This document shows positions 29,373 to 39,075 of a stretch of DNA of 64,000 nucleotides, piece by piece (positions within the stretch are counted from its first letter, which is position 1; every line of letters starts with the position of its first letter). The stretch is from Acidimicrobiales bacterium (GTDB taxonomy: Bacteria; Actinomycetota; Acidimicrobiia; Acidimicrobiales; Bog-793): contig JBKQHU010000017.1 of NCBI GenBank assembly GCA_052148655.1, positions 5,614 through 69,613 on the forward strand. Reading direction: 5' to 3'. The translations under genes were made by a program, and so were the position numbers. The notes beneath the pieces are model-generated. The model was not told the DNA's origin, did not search any database, and saw only the letters and a list, made by a program, of their open reading frames with translations.

Positions 29373-30968
29373 ATGAGCGAGCGCGCGATCGAAATGAGCA
29401 GGAGAGACCTGCTCCGCTTCGCCGCACAGGGGGCGGCATTTTTCGGCACGGGCGGCTTGCTGGCGGCATGCAGCCCCGGTACCGCCACGACGACCACCAC
29501 GACCGCTAGAGCCGCGGCGACGCTCCTGCCCCGTGCCGGCGGGACGCTGCGGGCGGGCTTGAGCGGCGGCAGCGGCCGGGACACGCTCGACCCGCACAAC
29601 TGGGTGAGCCTCATCGACGCCGCGCGGGTGTACTCGCTGTTCAACCCTCTCATCGATTTCGACCTCGACGCTCACACCGTTAAGAGCCTTGCCGACGAGC
29701 TCGTGCCAAGCCACGACGCCATGACCTGGACCATCCGGGTCAAGCCCGAAATCGAGTTCCACAACGGCAAGACGCTCGGCGCCGAAGACGTGCTGTTCAC
29801 ATTCCAGCGGATCGCGGACCCGAAGAACCCTGCACTAGGTGCCCTATTGCTGAAGGCCCTCGACATAGCCAACGCGAAGAAGCTTGACAAGCACACCGTC
29901 CAGATCCCTTGTCACACACCGTTCTCGATCCTGAAAGACATCCTGGCCTCGTACCGCTTCTTCGTCGTACCTGTGGGCTTCGACTTGAGGCACCCGATCG
30001 GGACCGGACCGTTCCGGTACAAGTCGTTCGTCCCCGGCCAGGAGAGCATCTTCGTGAAGAACGCGCACTACTGGGAACCTGATCTGCCCTACCTTGACGA
30101 GCTCGTCATCAGGGACTTCCCTGGCGAGGTCAGCCAGGTCAACGCGTTGGGCAGCGGTGATGTCGACGTGATCGACCTCATCTCCACCTACTCGATCGTC
30201 GCGGTGCGCTCCGGTGGCAACGACGTCCTCGTCACCTGGGGCGGCGGCTACACGCCCTTCACGATGCGTGTCGACCGGCCGCCTTTCGACGACGCTCGCG
30301 TTCGCCAGGCACTCCGGCTGGTATGCGACCGCCAGGAGATGCTCGACGTTGTCTTCAGTGGCAACGGCAGGATCGGCAACGACGTGTTCGGTTTGCGCGA
30401 CGTCGTGTACGACTCGGCCCTGCCCCAGCGCGTCCAGGACCTCGATCAGGCCAGGAGCCTGCTCGCACAGGCGGGTCACTCCAACTTGACAGTCACACTC
30501 GTCACGAGTGCCATCGCGACCGGAGCCGAGCAGACGGCCCAGGTTCTCTCACAACAGGCGGCACAAGCCGGCGTGACAGTGAACCTGAAGACGGTCACGC
30601 CCTCGGAGTTCTTCGGCCCGAACCATCTGAACTGGACCTTCGCTCAGGACACTTGGCGGTACTACCCCTACTACTCGAACGTACTTCAGGCCACGGTGGC
30701 CGGCGCCCCGTTCAACGAGTGCCACGTCGACGATGTCTCCTACACGAGGCTCTATCGCCAGGCGCTGGCGACGGTGGACGAGGCCGAGAAGGTGGAGATC
30801 GCCCACGAGATGCAGCAGATGGAGTACTCGGGACTGGCGAGCGGCTACATCATCCCGTTCTTCAACCCCGCCCTCGACGGCTATGGCGCGCGGGTGAACG
30901 GTGTCCTCCCGAGCAAGACGGGCCTTCCCCTGGGCGGCTACGCCTTCAAGTACATGTGGCTGTCATGA
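29373..30968 (+). CDS. ABC transporter substrate-binding protein, family 5 (peptide/nickel type), Tat-signal lipoprotein
   Basis: 531 aa. It has a twin-arginine signal SRRDLLRFAAQG and lipobox LLAAC. SBP_bac_5-like sequence follows. No cognate permease or ATPase genes are adjacent. Confidence 0.8.
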   Translation: MSERAIEMSRRDLLRFAAQGAAFFGTGGLLAACSPGTATTTTTTARAAATLLPRAGGTLRAGLSGGSGRDTLDPHNWVSLIDAARVYSLFNPLIDFDLDAHTVKSLADELVPSHDAMTWTIRVKPEIEFHNGKTLGAEDVLFTFQRIADPKNPALGALLLKALDIANAKKLDKHTVQIPCHTPFSILKDILASYRFFVVPVGFDLRHPIGTGPFRYKSFVPGQESIFVKNAHYWEPDLPYLDELVIRDFPGEVSQVNALGSGDVDVIDLISTYSIVAVRSGGNDVLVTWGGGYTPFTMRVDRPPFDDARVRQALRLVCDRQEMLDVVFSGNGRIGNDVFGLRDVVYDSALPQRVQDLDQARSLLAQAGHSNLTVTLVTSAIATGAEQTAQVLSQQAAQAGVTVNLKTVTPSEFFGPNHLNWTFAQDTWRYYPYYSNVLQATVAGAPFNECHVDDVSYTRLYRQALATVDEAEKVEIAHEMQQMEYSGLASGYIIPFFNPALDGYGARVNGVLPSKTGLPLGGYAFKYMWLS

Positions 30969-31028
30969 CCGTTACGACAACGCCGTGACGGTGCCGGACG
31001 GCACGAGAACGGACGGCCCGGAGACCTG

Positions 31029-33608
31029 TCAACCGTCGCGGTCCAGGTAGCCATCGCGAGTCAAAGGGAGCGACCGCAGGCGCCGGCCGGTCGCGTCGAA
31101 AATGGCATTGGCGATGGCCGGGGCAACAGCGATCATCGGCGTCTCTCCGGCCCCTGCCGAGGGCAGGTCAGGCCGGTCCAACAGGACGACCTCGATCGGG
31201 GGGACGTCTGAGATCCGTGGGATTCGATAGTCGGTGCATGTTCCGTTCGTGATCGCCCCGGCGTCGAAGTGGACCGCTTCGAACAGCGCACCGCCCAGAG
31301 CGACGACCGTGGCGCCCTCGATCTGGTTGAGGACGGTGTCAGGATTGACGACGGCACCGCACTCGTAGGCCGTGACGAGGTGGATAACCCGCAGAAAGCC
31401 ATCAGGGCCGATGGCGACCTGGGCGGCAGTGGCGACCCTGCCGTCCTTTTCGAGCCCGCACGCTATGCCCCTGCCGCTGTTCTCGGGCACAGTCGTCCAT
31501 CCGAAACGCTCCGCAGCAGCCCGCAGCACAGGAGCAAGCCGTTCGTCGCCAAGGTGGGCGAGGCGAAACTCGACCGGATCTCGACCGAGGCGGTAGGCCA
31601 CTTCGTCCATGTGCGACTCCCGGGCGAAATTGTTGGCGGTCGCCGCCAAGGCCCGGAAGGAGGCCTGTGCGAGCGGGCTCACAGCCGGCTGGTAGTCGAT
31701 CCGCTGGTTGGCCACCCGGTAGGGGGTGGCGATCGCGGCTCGCCCCGAGTTGATATTGGTGAAGGTCCAAGCCGACAGCACGCCGTCGCTCGTGGCCCCG
31801 GCCTTCACGTCCATCACGGCTGCCGGGCGGAGCGAGCCGGCGGAGAACTCCTCGCGGCGTGTCCAGCCGACCCTGACCGGTGCGCCTACCGCGCGGGCCA
31901 GCATGGCCGCCTCGGTGGCGACACCACCGGCGTGCTTGCCACCGAACCCGCCGCCGGTCGGCGGCACGATGACGCGCACATCCTGCTCGTCCATGTTGAG
32001 AGCCGCGGCGACCTCGGCGCGGACCGGGAAGGGCGTCTGGGTCCCGGTCCAGATCGTCAGACGTCCGCCATCGAAGCAAGCGAGCGCAACCCTCATTTCG
32101 AGGGGCGCCGGTGCGACGAAAGCAGTCGTGTAGCTCGCGTCCACACGCACGGCCGCGGCCTCGAAGGCGCCGGCGGCGTCGCCTTGTTCGTGATGGAAGG
32201 GCCCATTCCAGCCGTCGCCCCCGACCAGCGGATGTGAGCGCAGGAACTCTTCGAGGTCGTCGTCTGACGGCGCCTTGGGGATCTCCCATGTCGCGGTCAA
32301 CAAACCCAGTGCCATGCGGGCTTGCATCCTGTCACGGGCCAGAACTCCTACACCTACCGGGGTTTTCACGACCACGACGTCGCTGCGACCGTCAAGCGCG
32401 CTCGTATCGACATGAGCGAGCTGGGACCTGAAAACAGGTGGCCGCAGCATGCAACCGTGCCACAGGCCGGGCATGCCCAGGTCTGAGACATAGCGCAGCG
32501 TGCCCGAGACGGCGTCCACCGTGCCGGCCGGTACGCGGGGCGACCCGGCGATCTGCCACTGCGGGGCTCGGGTGACAGCGGGTTCGCCCGTGACGATCTC
32601 GATCCTTCGCTCCCCCGCGGCCGCCGGCTCTAGATCGCGGGCGAAGGCGGCAACCCGCCTGAGCGCGCCGCCGGCGTCTGGCATCGACCGGCTGCCGAAG
32701 GTCCCCATGTCGTAGGGGCACAGATCGGTGTCCCCCATCGCAAGTCGGACGTTCTCGAGGGGAACTCGGAGCTCCTCGGCGACAAGGAGGCGCAAAGCGG
32801 TGCGATTGTCCTGACCTACGTCAACCTTGCCGGTGAAGGCCGTGACGACCCCGTCGGTCCCGGCGTGCAACCAGGCGCCGCCGCTCGTCGACCAGGTTCC
32901 CGCGGCCGGCGTCTCGGGCGGGAGCACCACGACCAGGCCGTCCCCGAGAACACCGAAGTAATCGCGTTCGGCTGGCTCGGTCATGTCCCAGGGTCGCGCT
33001 GGTCTGTAACCGGGCCGGCAGGGATCCGCCAGCTTCCAATCACCCGTGGTCGCCGTGACCGGCGAGCCGTGGCTAGTGCCTGGCTGCGTCGTCAGCTCGA
33101 CGGCCCTGTGCACCGCCTTGCGGACGCGCGTGTAAACACCACAGCGGCAGAGATTGCCCGACAGCGCTTCGTCCACAGCACTGTCGTCGGGGAGGGGGTC
33201 GCGGGCCAAGAGCGCGACCGCGGACAACACCATTCCTGGCGTGCAGTAACCGCATTGAACCGCGCCGAGCTCGACGAAGGCCTCTTGGACCGGGTGGAGC
33301 CGGCCCTTGTCCGCCAGCCCTTCGATGGTCGTCACGCTCGCCCCGGCGATCTCGTCAACTTTTTGCTGGCAGGCACGCACTGCCCGGCCGTCGACGAGCA
33401 CCGTGCAAGACCCGCAGGCGCCCTCCCCGCAGCCCGGTTTGGCGCCTGTGAGGCCCAGCTGGCCCCGTAGCACTGACAGCAGCGGCACTCCTGGCGGCAC
33501 GAGATGGTCAGTCCCGTTCACGACCAGGGTCACTCTTGGCGGTGCTCCATCTGCCTCGACGGCACCTTGCTGGTGGCCTGGCGCGAGACTCTCCCCGTTG
33601 CTGGACAT
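31029..33608 (-). CDS. Fused [2Fe-2S] ferredoxin-like subunit plus molybdopterin-binding subunit of a xanthine dehydrogenase/aldehyde oxidase family enzyme (IorA-IorB-like)
   Basis: The N-terminus carries CGEGACGSCTV and CGYCTPG...CRCG, the CoxS/IorA-type 2Fe-2S motifs. About 700 aa of IorB-like sequence follow (VDVGQDNRTAL, GGGFGGK). The ATG at 33608 or the upstream start at 33647 could be used. Confidence 0.85.
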   Translation of the reverse strand: MSSNGESLAPGHQQGAVEADGAPPRVTLVVNGTDHLVPPGVPLLSVLRGQLGLTGAKPGCGEGACGSCTVLVDGRAVRACQQKVDEIAGASVTTIEGLADKGRLHPVQEAFVELGAVQCGYCTPGMVLSAVALLARDPLPDDSAVDEALSGNLCRCGVYTRVRKAVHRAVELTTQPGTSHGSPVTATTGDWKLADPCRPGYRPARPWDMTEPAERDYFGVLGDGLVVVLPPETPAAGTWSTSGGAWLHAGTDGVVTAFTGKVDVGQDNRTALRLLVAEELRVPLENVRLAMGDTDLCPYDMGTFGSRSMPDAGGALRRVAAFARDLEPAAAGERRIEIVTGEPAVTRAPQWQIAGSPRVPAGTVDAVSGTLRYVSDLGMPGLWHGCMLRPPVFRSQLAHVDTSALDGRSDVVVVKTPVGVGVLARDRMQARMALGLLTATWEIPKAPSDDDLEEFLRSHPLVGGDGWNGPFHHEQGDAAGAFEAAAVRVDASYTTAFVAPAPLEMRVALACFDGGRLTIWTGTQTPFPVRAEVAAALNMDEQDVRVIVPPTGGGFGGKHAGGVATEAAMLARAVGAPVRVGWTRREEFSAGSLRPAAVMDVKAGATSDGVLSAWTFTNINSGRAAIATPYRVANQRIDYQPAVSPLAQASFRALAATANNFARESHMDEVAYRLGRDPVEFRLAHLGDERLAPVLRAAAERFGWTTVPENSGRGIACGLEKDGRVATAAQVAIGPDGFLRVIHLVTAYECGAVVNPDTVLNQIEGATVVALGGALFEAVHFDAGAITNGTCTDYRIPRISDVPPIEVVLLDRPDLPSAGAGETPMIAVAPAIANAIFDATGRRLRSLPLTRDGYLDRDG

Positions 33609-33745
33609 GGCAACATCCTGCCCGCTCGAAACCGGTGGTGCTAGCACGAAGCTGTCCTAACGGGCTGACCACCTCGGTCTCGCCCGGTCGGGCGCGCATA
33701 ATCGGGACAGAGGTTGCCCGGGCCGTGGGAGGGGGGTCAGGCACG

Positions 33746-36307
33746 GTGACGAGTTCGAGGTCCGCAGTGACCGCCGGCGCATTGCGCGTCGCCTGGTACC
33801 GGCTGCGCGCCACCTTGCACAATCGCTGGAGCGGCTACCTCACCCTGGTGCTGCTCGTGGGGCTCGTCGGTGGCATCGGGATGGGCGCCATAGCCGGTGC
33901 CCGTCGCACGCAGTCCGCCTTCCCGGCCTACCTGGCCGCCACGAACGCCTCCGACCTCCGGTTCCAGAGCTACGTGATCACGAACTACGGTTTCAGTAAC
34001 GGAGGCCTGAGCGAGAGGCTCGCACACCTTCGCTACGTGACACGGGTCGCAAGCGCCCCGACTCTTCTCATCACCCCCCTCGGGCCGGACGGCAAGCCTC
34101 TCGCCTCCGCCGTCGACACCGACTTCGTCTCGGCGGTAGGCAGCACGGGGGGCGAATACTTCACCCAGGACCGCGTGACCGTGGCCGAAGGGCGAATGGT
34201 CGACCCGAAAAGGCCCGACGAGATGGTCGCCACAACCACAGCCGCGCGCCTGGCGGGCTGGCATCTGGGCGAGACCGTCCGCTTCGGCGCCGTCTCCCTG
34301 GCTCAGGCAGCGGCGGGAGCCAACCCCCTCACCATCAAGCCGGTGGCCCGCTTCTCGGCCAAGCTCGTCGGAATCGTCGTGTTCCCGACCCAGGTCGTCA
34401 ACGACGACGTCGACCGTTTCCCGACCTATGTCCTCATGACCCCGGCCCTCACGGATCGGCTGACCACGAGCCTGGCGTACCCGTCCTACGGGCTGCGGCT
34501 CGAGCACGGCAACGCCGATGTCGCCGCCGTCGAGCGAGAGATCATCCAACTCCTGCCGAGGGGCAGCGTCTATACCTTCCACGTAACCTCGGTGACCGAA
34601 GGAGAGGTCGAACGGGCCAGCAAGCCCGAGGCGATCGCGCTCGGGGTCTTCGGGGCTATCACTGCCCTGGTAGCACTCCTGATCGGCGGCCTCGCCGTCA
34701 GCCGCGGCCTGTGGGAGGACTCTGGGGACCTCGAGGTGCTGCGGGCACTGGGGGCCGATCCCCGGACGCTGAGATGGGGAGCGATTCTCGGACCGCTCGG
34801 ATCCGTTGTCGTGGGAGCACTGCTCGCCGTCGGCGTTGCTTCGGCGCTCTCACCCCTGGCGCCGATCGGGCCACCGCGTCAGGTCGACCCGGCACCTGGT
34901 CTCTCCTTCGACTGGACCGTCCTCGGCACGGGAGCCGCCGTGCTGGTCGTGGGCCTCGGAGTCCTGACGGTTGCGCTCGCATACCGAAGGGGAATGCGAC
35001 GGCGCCTCGGTGAATGGGTGGAACCTGCCCAACGCCGGTCGAGCCTCGCGAACGTGGCTGCGCGCTCCGGGCTTTCCGCCCCCGCCGTGACCGGCCTGCG
35101 TTTCTCGCTCGAGACAGGGAGCGGCAGAACTGCGGTGCCGGTGCGCTCGGCTCTGCTCGGGGGTGTGCTGGCGGTGGTGGTCGTGGTGGCGACGGTCACC
35201 TTCGGCAGCGGCCTCAACACCCTTGTGTCGCACCCGGACCTCTACGGTTGGAACTGGAACTACGCCATCGACTCGCCAAGCGGAAGCGATGTCCCTCCCA
35301 TCGCTGTACAGCTTCTCGAGCACGACCGCGACGTGGCGGCATGGAGCGGCTTCGGTTTTGCGAACGTCCAGATCGACGGCCAAACCGTGCCTGTTCTCTT
35401 GGCGAAGGCAAACGCCGAGCTCGGCCCACCCATCCTGTCCGGTCACGAGGTCGAAGCGAAGAACCAGATCGTCCTCGGAGCGGCGACTGAGGCCGCCTTG
35501 CACACAAGAATCGGGGAAACGGTCGTCGCCAGCTACGGGTCCCCGAAGGACTTTCCGGTGTACGTCCCCCCGACACACCTTTTGGTCGTGGGGACCGCCA
35601 CGATGCCGGCCATCGGTGCCAGCGGCGCCCTCCACCCTTCGATGGGGACAGGAGCAGTCATCGCTCAGGGGATCGAGCCGCCGGCGTTCAAGCGGGCGCT
35701 CACCCAACCCGACCCCAACCTGAACGGCCCCTCTGTCGTGGTGGTGAGGCTCCGAAGCAGGGTCGGAGCCGGCGCCGGGCTGGCTTTGCTGCAAGGCGTG
35801 GCCGAGGCAGCCGACAGGGTCATGGCCGCCGACCCCCAGGGGGTGGGTGACACCTACAGCGTGCTCGGCGTGCAGCGTCCTGCCGAGATCGTGAACTACC
35901 AGTCGACAGGCGACACCCCGGCCATCCTGGCCGCAGGCCTCGCGGCCGGGGCGGTGGTGGCCCTCGCGATCACCCTTGCCGCCTCTGTCCGCCGTCGCCG
36001 TAGGGATCTTGCCCTGCTCAAGACGTTCGGATTCACCAGGCGCCAACTGGCGGTGACCGTCGCCTGGCAGGCGTCGGTGGCGGCGCTCATCGGCATCGTT
36101 GTCGGCGTGCCGATCGGGATCGCCCTCGGCCGGTGGCTATGGGTTCTCTTCGCCCGCGAGATCTACGCCGTCCCCGAGCCCACGGTGCCGGTCTTCCAAG
36201 TCGTCGTGGTCGCCCTCACCGCGCTCGTGCTGGCCAACCTTGTGGCCGCCGTCCCCGGTCGCATGGCCGCGCGAACACCGACGGCACTGGTGCTCCGGGC
36301 GGAATGA
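33746..36307 (+). CDS. FtsX-like ABC transporter permease with two FtsX domains (MacB-type architecture)
   Basis: ORF 33536..36307. The likely start is the GTG at 33746, after GGGAGGGGGG. There are two 4-TM FtsX-like bundles separated by large extracytoplasmic regions, with the C-terminal pattern LKTFGFTRRQL. No ATPase gene is adjacent. Confidence 0.75.
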   Translation: MTSSRSAVTAGALRVAWYRLRATLHNRWSGYLTLVLLVGLVGGIGMGAIAGARRTQSAFPAYLAATNASDLRFQSYVITNYGFSNGGLSERLAHLRYVTRVASAPTLLITPLGPDGKPLASAVDTDFVSAVGSTGGEYFTQDRVTVAEGRMVDPKRPDEMVATTTAARLAGWHLGETVRFGAVSLAQAAAGANPLTIKPVARFSAKLVGIVVFPTQVVNDDVDRFPTYVLMTPALTDRLTTSLAYPSYGLRLEHGNADVAAVEREIIQLLPRGSVYTFHVTSVTEGEVERASKPEAIALGVFGAITALVALLIGGLAVSRGLWEDSGDLEVLRALGADPRTLRWGAILGPLGSVVVGALLAVGVASALSPLAPIGPPRQVDPAPGLSFDWTVLGTGAAVLVVGLGVLTVALAYRRGMRRRLGEWVEPAQRRSSLANVAARSGLSAPAVTGLRFSLETGSGRTAVPVRSALLGGVLAVVVVVATVTFGSGLNTLVSHPDLYGWNWNYAIDSPSGSDVPPIAVQLLEHDRDVAAWSGFGFANVQIDGQTVPVLLAKANAELGPPILSGHEVEAKNQIVLGAATEAALHTRIGETVVASYGSPKDFPVYVPPTHLLVVGTATMPAIGASGALHPSMGTGAVIAQGIEPPAFKRALTQPDPNLNGPSVVVVRLRSRVGAGAGLALLQGVAEAADRVMAADPQGVGDTYSVLGVQRPAEIVNYQSTGDTPAILAAGLAAGAVVALAITLAASVRRRRRDLALLKTFGFTRRQLAVTVAWQASVAALIGIVVGVPIGIALGRWLWVLFAREIYAVPEPTVPVFQVVVVALTALVLANLVAAVPGRMAARTPTALVLRAE

Positions 36308-36360
36308 GCCCAGAAGTGGCGGACTCCACCCAAAGATAGGCGGCGTGGCGGGCGTGGAAA

Positions 36361-36383
36361 CAGGCCGGCCGCGGTTCGGCCTG
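36361..36383. terminator. Hairpin (CAGGCCG-9 nt-CGGCCTG) between convergent genes
   Basis: Read directly. It abuts the ybjQ-like stop codon and lies 54 nt after the FtsX-like stop. There is no clear U-tract. Confidence 0.35.
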
Positions 36384-36704
36384 CTAGATCCTGCGGACCT
36401 TCACGGCCGTGCCGTAGGCGCAGATCTCTGTCCAGTTGCCACCCATCTCCGAGGTGTCGAACCGCATGGCCAAGATGGCGTCGGCACCTTTCGCCTCAGC
36501 CTCCTCCACCATGCGCTGGGTCACTTCCTGGCGACTGGCGATCAGGTTCTTCGTCATGCCTTTGAGCTCACCACCGGCCAGGGACTTGAACCCCGCCCCG
36601 ATCTGGGACCCGATGTTACGGCTGCGGACCGTCAGTCCGAAGACCTCACCCAAGACTTCCGTGACCTCACTGCCCGGCAAGTCGTTCATCGTCGAGATCA
36701 GCAT
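36384..36704 (-). CDS. YbjQ-family (UPF0145) protein
   Basis: 106 aa. MLISTMNDLPG...VLGEVFGLTVRSRN...GGELKG...R..A...M.EEA...GADAILAMRFD... is the characteristic YbjQ pattern. Confidence 0.85.
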   Translation of the reverse strand: MLISTMNDLPGSEVTEVLGEVFGLTVRSRNIGSQIGAGFKSLAGGELKGMTKNLIASRQEVTQRMVEEAEAKGADAILAMRFDTSEMGGNWTEICAYGTAVKVRRI

Positions 36705-36882
36705 GCAAACCTCCGGTTGTCGGTCGATGGGGCCAACCTAGCCATCCCTGACTGTCCGAAGGGACCTCCCGAGGTCGACCACGGCATGTCCAGATTAGGT
36801 GCCCGTGCGGTCCGGGAACCTAGGGTGTCCCACAGATTGACAACTCGGTGACACAGGACCGCTCGCGAAGTACTGGAGGGTC

Positions 36883-37917
36883 ATGTCAGAAAACCCAAAC
36901 GCAGCTGTCCCCTCGCAGGCAGTTGTCCAGCGGTCGGGCGGCGGGAGGCGTCGCCAGGGCTCGGTGGTGCTCCTCGCTGTGATCGCGATAGCTGTGGTGC
37001 AGTTCCTCCTCGTGCTCATGTTCGCCTGGTCGTCCTCACGAGCCGGACCCCGCAGTCTGCCCATCGCAGTTGCCGGTCCAGCGCAGGCCGCCCGAACTCT
37101 CGCACGTGGCTTGGAGCTCTCCCAGCCGGGCGCGTTCGCAGTCACCGTGCTGGATGACGATGCCGCCGCGCGAGCAGCGGTCAACGACCGGCGGGTCTAC
37201 GGGGCAGTCTCACTCACGGGCGCAGGGGCCAGGCTCTACGTCGCCTCAGAAGCCAGCCCGAACGTCGCCCAGATGCTGGTCCAAGCCGTTCCCGCGTCCC
37301 TGGCGCGTGTCCTTCCGCACGTGGCCGTTTCCGTCGTCGACTTGGCACCGAACCCGGTGGACGACCCCAAGGGCACGGCCATCCCGACTGCTCTGATCCC
37401 CTTGACAATGACCTCGATCGCGGCCGGCGCGGTCATCGGGCTGAGGATGGGAGACCGGCGTCGACAACTGGCAGCGCTGCTCGGCTATGCGGTCCTGGCC
37501 GGCATATTCGTCACCCTGGCCCTTCAGGGCATGATCGGGGGCTTGACCGGGTCCTGGCTCTCCAATGAGCTCGTCATCACCCTCGGCGCAGGATCGATCG
37601 CGGCTGTCACTTGTGGCTTGGCCAGCCTCATTCGGATCGCCGGCATCCTCGTCACCTTGTTGGTGGCGTGGTTCTTCGGCTTCGCATTCTCGGGCGCGAC
37701 CACCGCCTGGCAGCTCATGCCCGCACCGTGGGGCCACATCGCCCAGTACCTGCCGGTCGGGGCCACCAACACCGGCTTGAGGTCAGTCGCATTCTTCGAC
37801 GGTGCCAAGGCCTTTGGACCGCTCCTCGTGCTTGGAGCATGGGCGCTTGTCGGCATCGCCCTCACAGTCTTGAGGCAACGTCCCGCGCTGGTCACGGCTC
37901 GGCGAGACATCATTTAG
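36883..37917 (+). CDS. ABC-2/YhgE-like integral membrane protein (uncharacterised)
   Basis: 344 aa with an N-terminal TM, a roughly 130-aa extracytoplasmic segment and then five TM helices. The architecture resembles ABC-2-type permeases. The family call is tentative. Confidence 0.5.
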   Translation: MSENPNAAVPSQAVVQRSGGGRRRQGSVVLLAVIAIAVVQFLLVLMFAWSSSRAGPRSLPIAVAGPAQAARTLARGLELSQPGAFAVTVLDDDAAARAAVNDRRVYGAVSLTGAGARLYVASEASPNVAQMLVQAVPASLARVLPHVAVSVVDLAPNPVDDPKGTAIPTALIPLTMTSIAAGAVIGLRMGDRRRQLAALLGYAVLAGIFVTLALQGMIGGLTGSWLSNELVITLGAGSIAAVTCGLASLIRIAGILVTLLVAWFFGFAFSGATTAWQLMPAPWGHIAQYLPVGATNTGLRSVAFFDGAKAFGPLLVLGAWALVGIALTVLRQRPALVTARRDII

Positions 37918-38027
37918 ACGAGTTGCCCACCTGCTGCCCACAGCTGAGCGAGACCGCACAGCCACGGACGCTCGGAGTCGGGCACAGGACCGCGCGCTCG
38001 TTTCTGATCTAGTACCGTCCCGGCCTT

Positions 38028-38916
38028 ATGGCGCATGAAGAGCTTTCAGGTCACCGCCCGACGAGCAAGACCCTTTCCTACGGGGTCTTCCTCCCTGCCT
38101 TCGCCGAGTTCGCGGAACCGAAGCGACTCGTCGCCCTCGCCCAGTCGGCAGAACGGGCCGGGTGGGACGGCTTGTACCTGTGGGACCACATGTTGACGAT
38201 CCCGGGCATGGCCGTGGCGGACCCGTTCGTGATGGCGGCCGCCATCGCCCAGGCGACCGAGCGGATCCGCCTCGGGATGATGGTCACTCCGCTCGCCCGT
38301 CGGCGCCCATGGGTGTTCGCCCGGCAGGCAGCGACGCTCGACCGTCTCTCGGACGGCCGGCTCGACGTCGGAGTCGGCCTCGGACACGACGGTTGGAAGG
38401 AGTTCAGCTCTTTCTCCGGCGAAGTCGTCGACGCCGTGGAGAGGGCGTTGTTCCTAGACGACTCCCTCGAGATCCTGCGGCGCCTGTGGTCCGGTGAGCC
38501 GGTCGAGTACGAAGGGGACCGAATATGGGTGAACAGCACCCCGTTCCTCCCGAGACCTATCCAACAACCGCTGCCGGTATGGGTGGCCTGCAGGTGGCCT
38601 CACCAGCTCCCCATCGCCCGCGCGGCGCGCAACCAGGGCTGTTTTCCCATCTTCGATGAAGCAGGCCGCGAGATGCCCGGGCTGCCCGAGCCCGAGCAGG
38701 TGGCGGAGGTCCGGGTGAAGCTCCTCGACAAAGGAGCCGCCAGACATCGACATCGTGTGCCGCGGCGCATCGGGGCCCGTGCCCGCTCGGGAACTGGCGC
38801 CGCGGTTTGCGGCCCTCGAGGACGCCGGCATGACGTGGTGGCTCGAATCATTCGGCCGAGGGGAACCGCCGCCGGCGGAGGTCGAGGCCGTCGTGGCTGG
38901 TGGGCCTCCCCGCTGA
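38028..38916 (+). pseudogene. LLM-class (luciferase-like) F420-dependent oxidoreductase, interrupted by a +1 frameshift near 38719-38740
   Basis: Frame 0 gives a typical LLM N-terminus (YGVFLPAF...AERAGWDGLYLWDH...RIRLGMMVTPLARRRPW...LDRLSDGRLDVGVGLG). After ...VRVKLLDKG it becomes Arg-rich nonsense running to 39047. The +1 frame from 38737 reads PPDIDIVCRGASGPVPARELAPRFAALEDAGMTWWLESFGRGEPPPAEVEAVVAGGPPR*, a typical LLM C-terminus, and stops at 38914-38916. Confidence 0.65.
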
Positions 38917-39075
38917 GCGCCTCCGCGACCGATCCGGGACACCCTCCTCGCCCTCGCCCAAGAACAGCTGTCGCGCCTCGTGCTCACAGCAACCGCTGCT
39001 CAACTGCGCAGCACACTCCCAGGATCGCCTGCCAGCCTTCAAAGTGACCGAACCCTACGGAAAAAGGGCGGAGCC

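Noticed and set aside
38028-39047. The 339-aa ORF taken at face value as an intact LLM oxidoreductase.
   Set aside because: Its C-terminal third is out-of-frame nonsense. The genuine C-terminus is in the +1 frame and ends at 38916 (see the frameshift finding).
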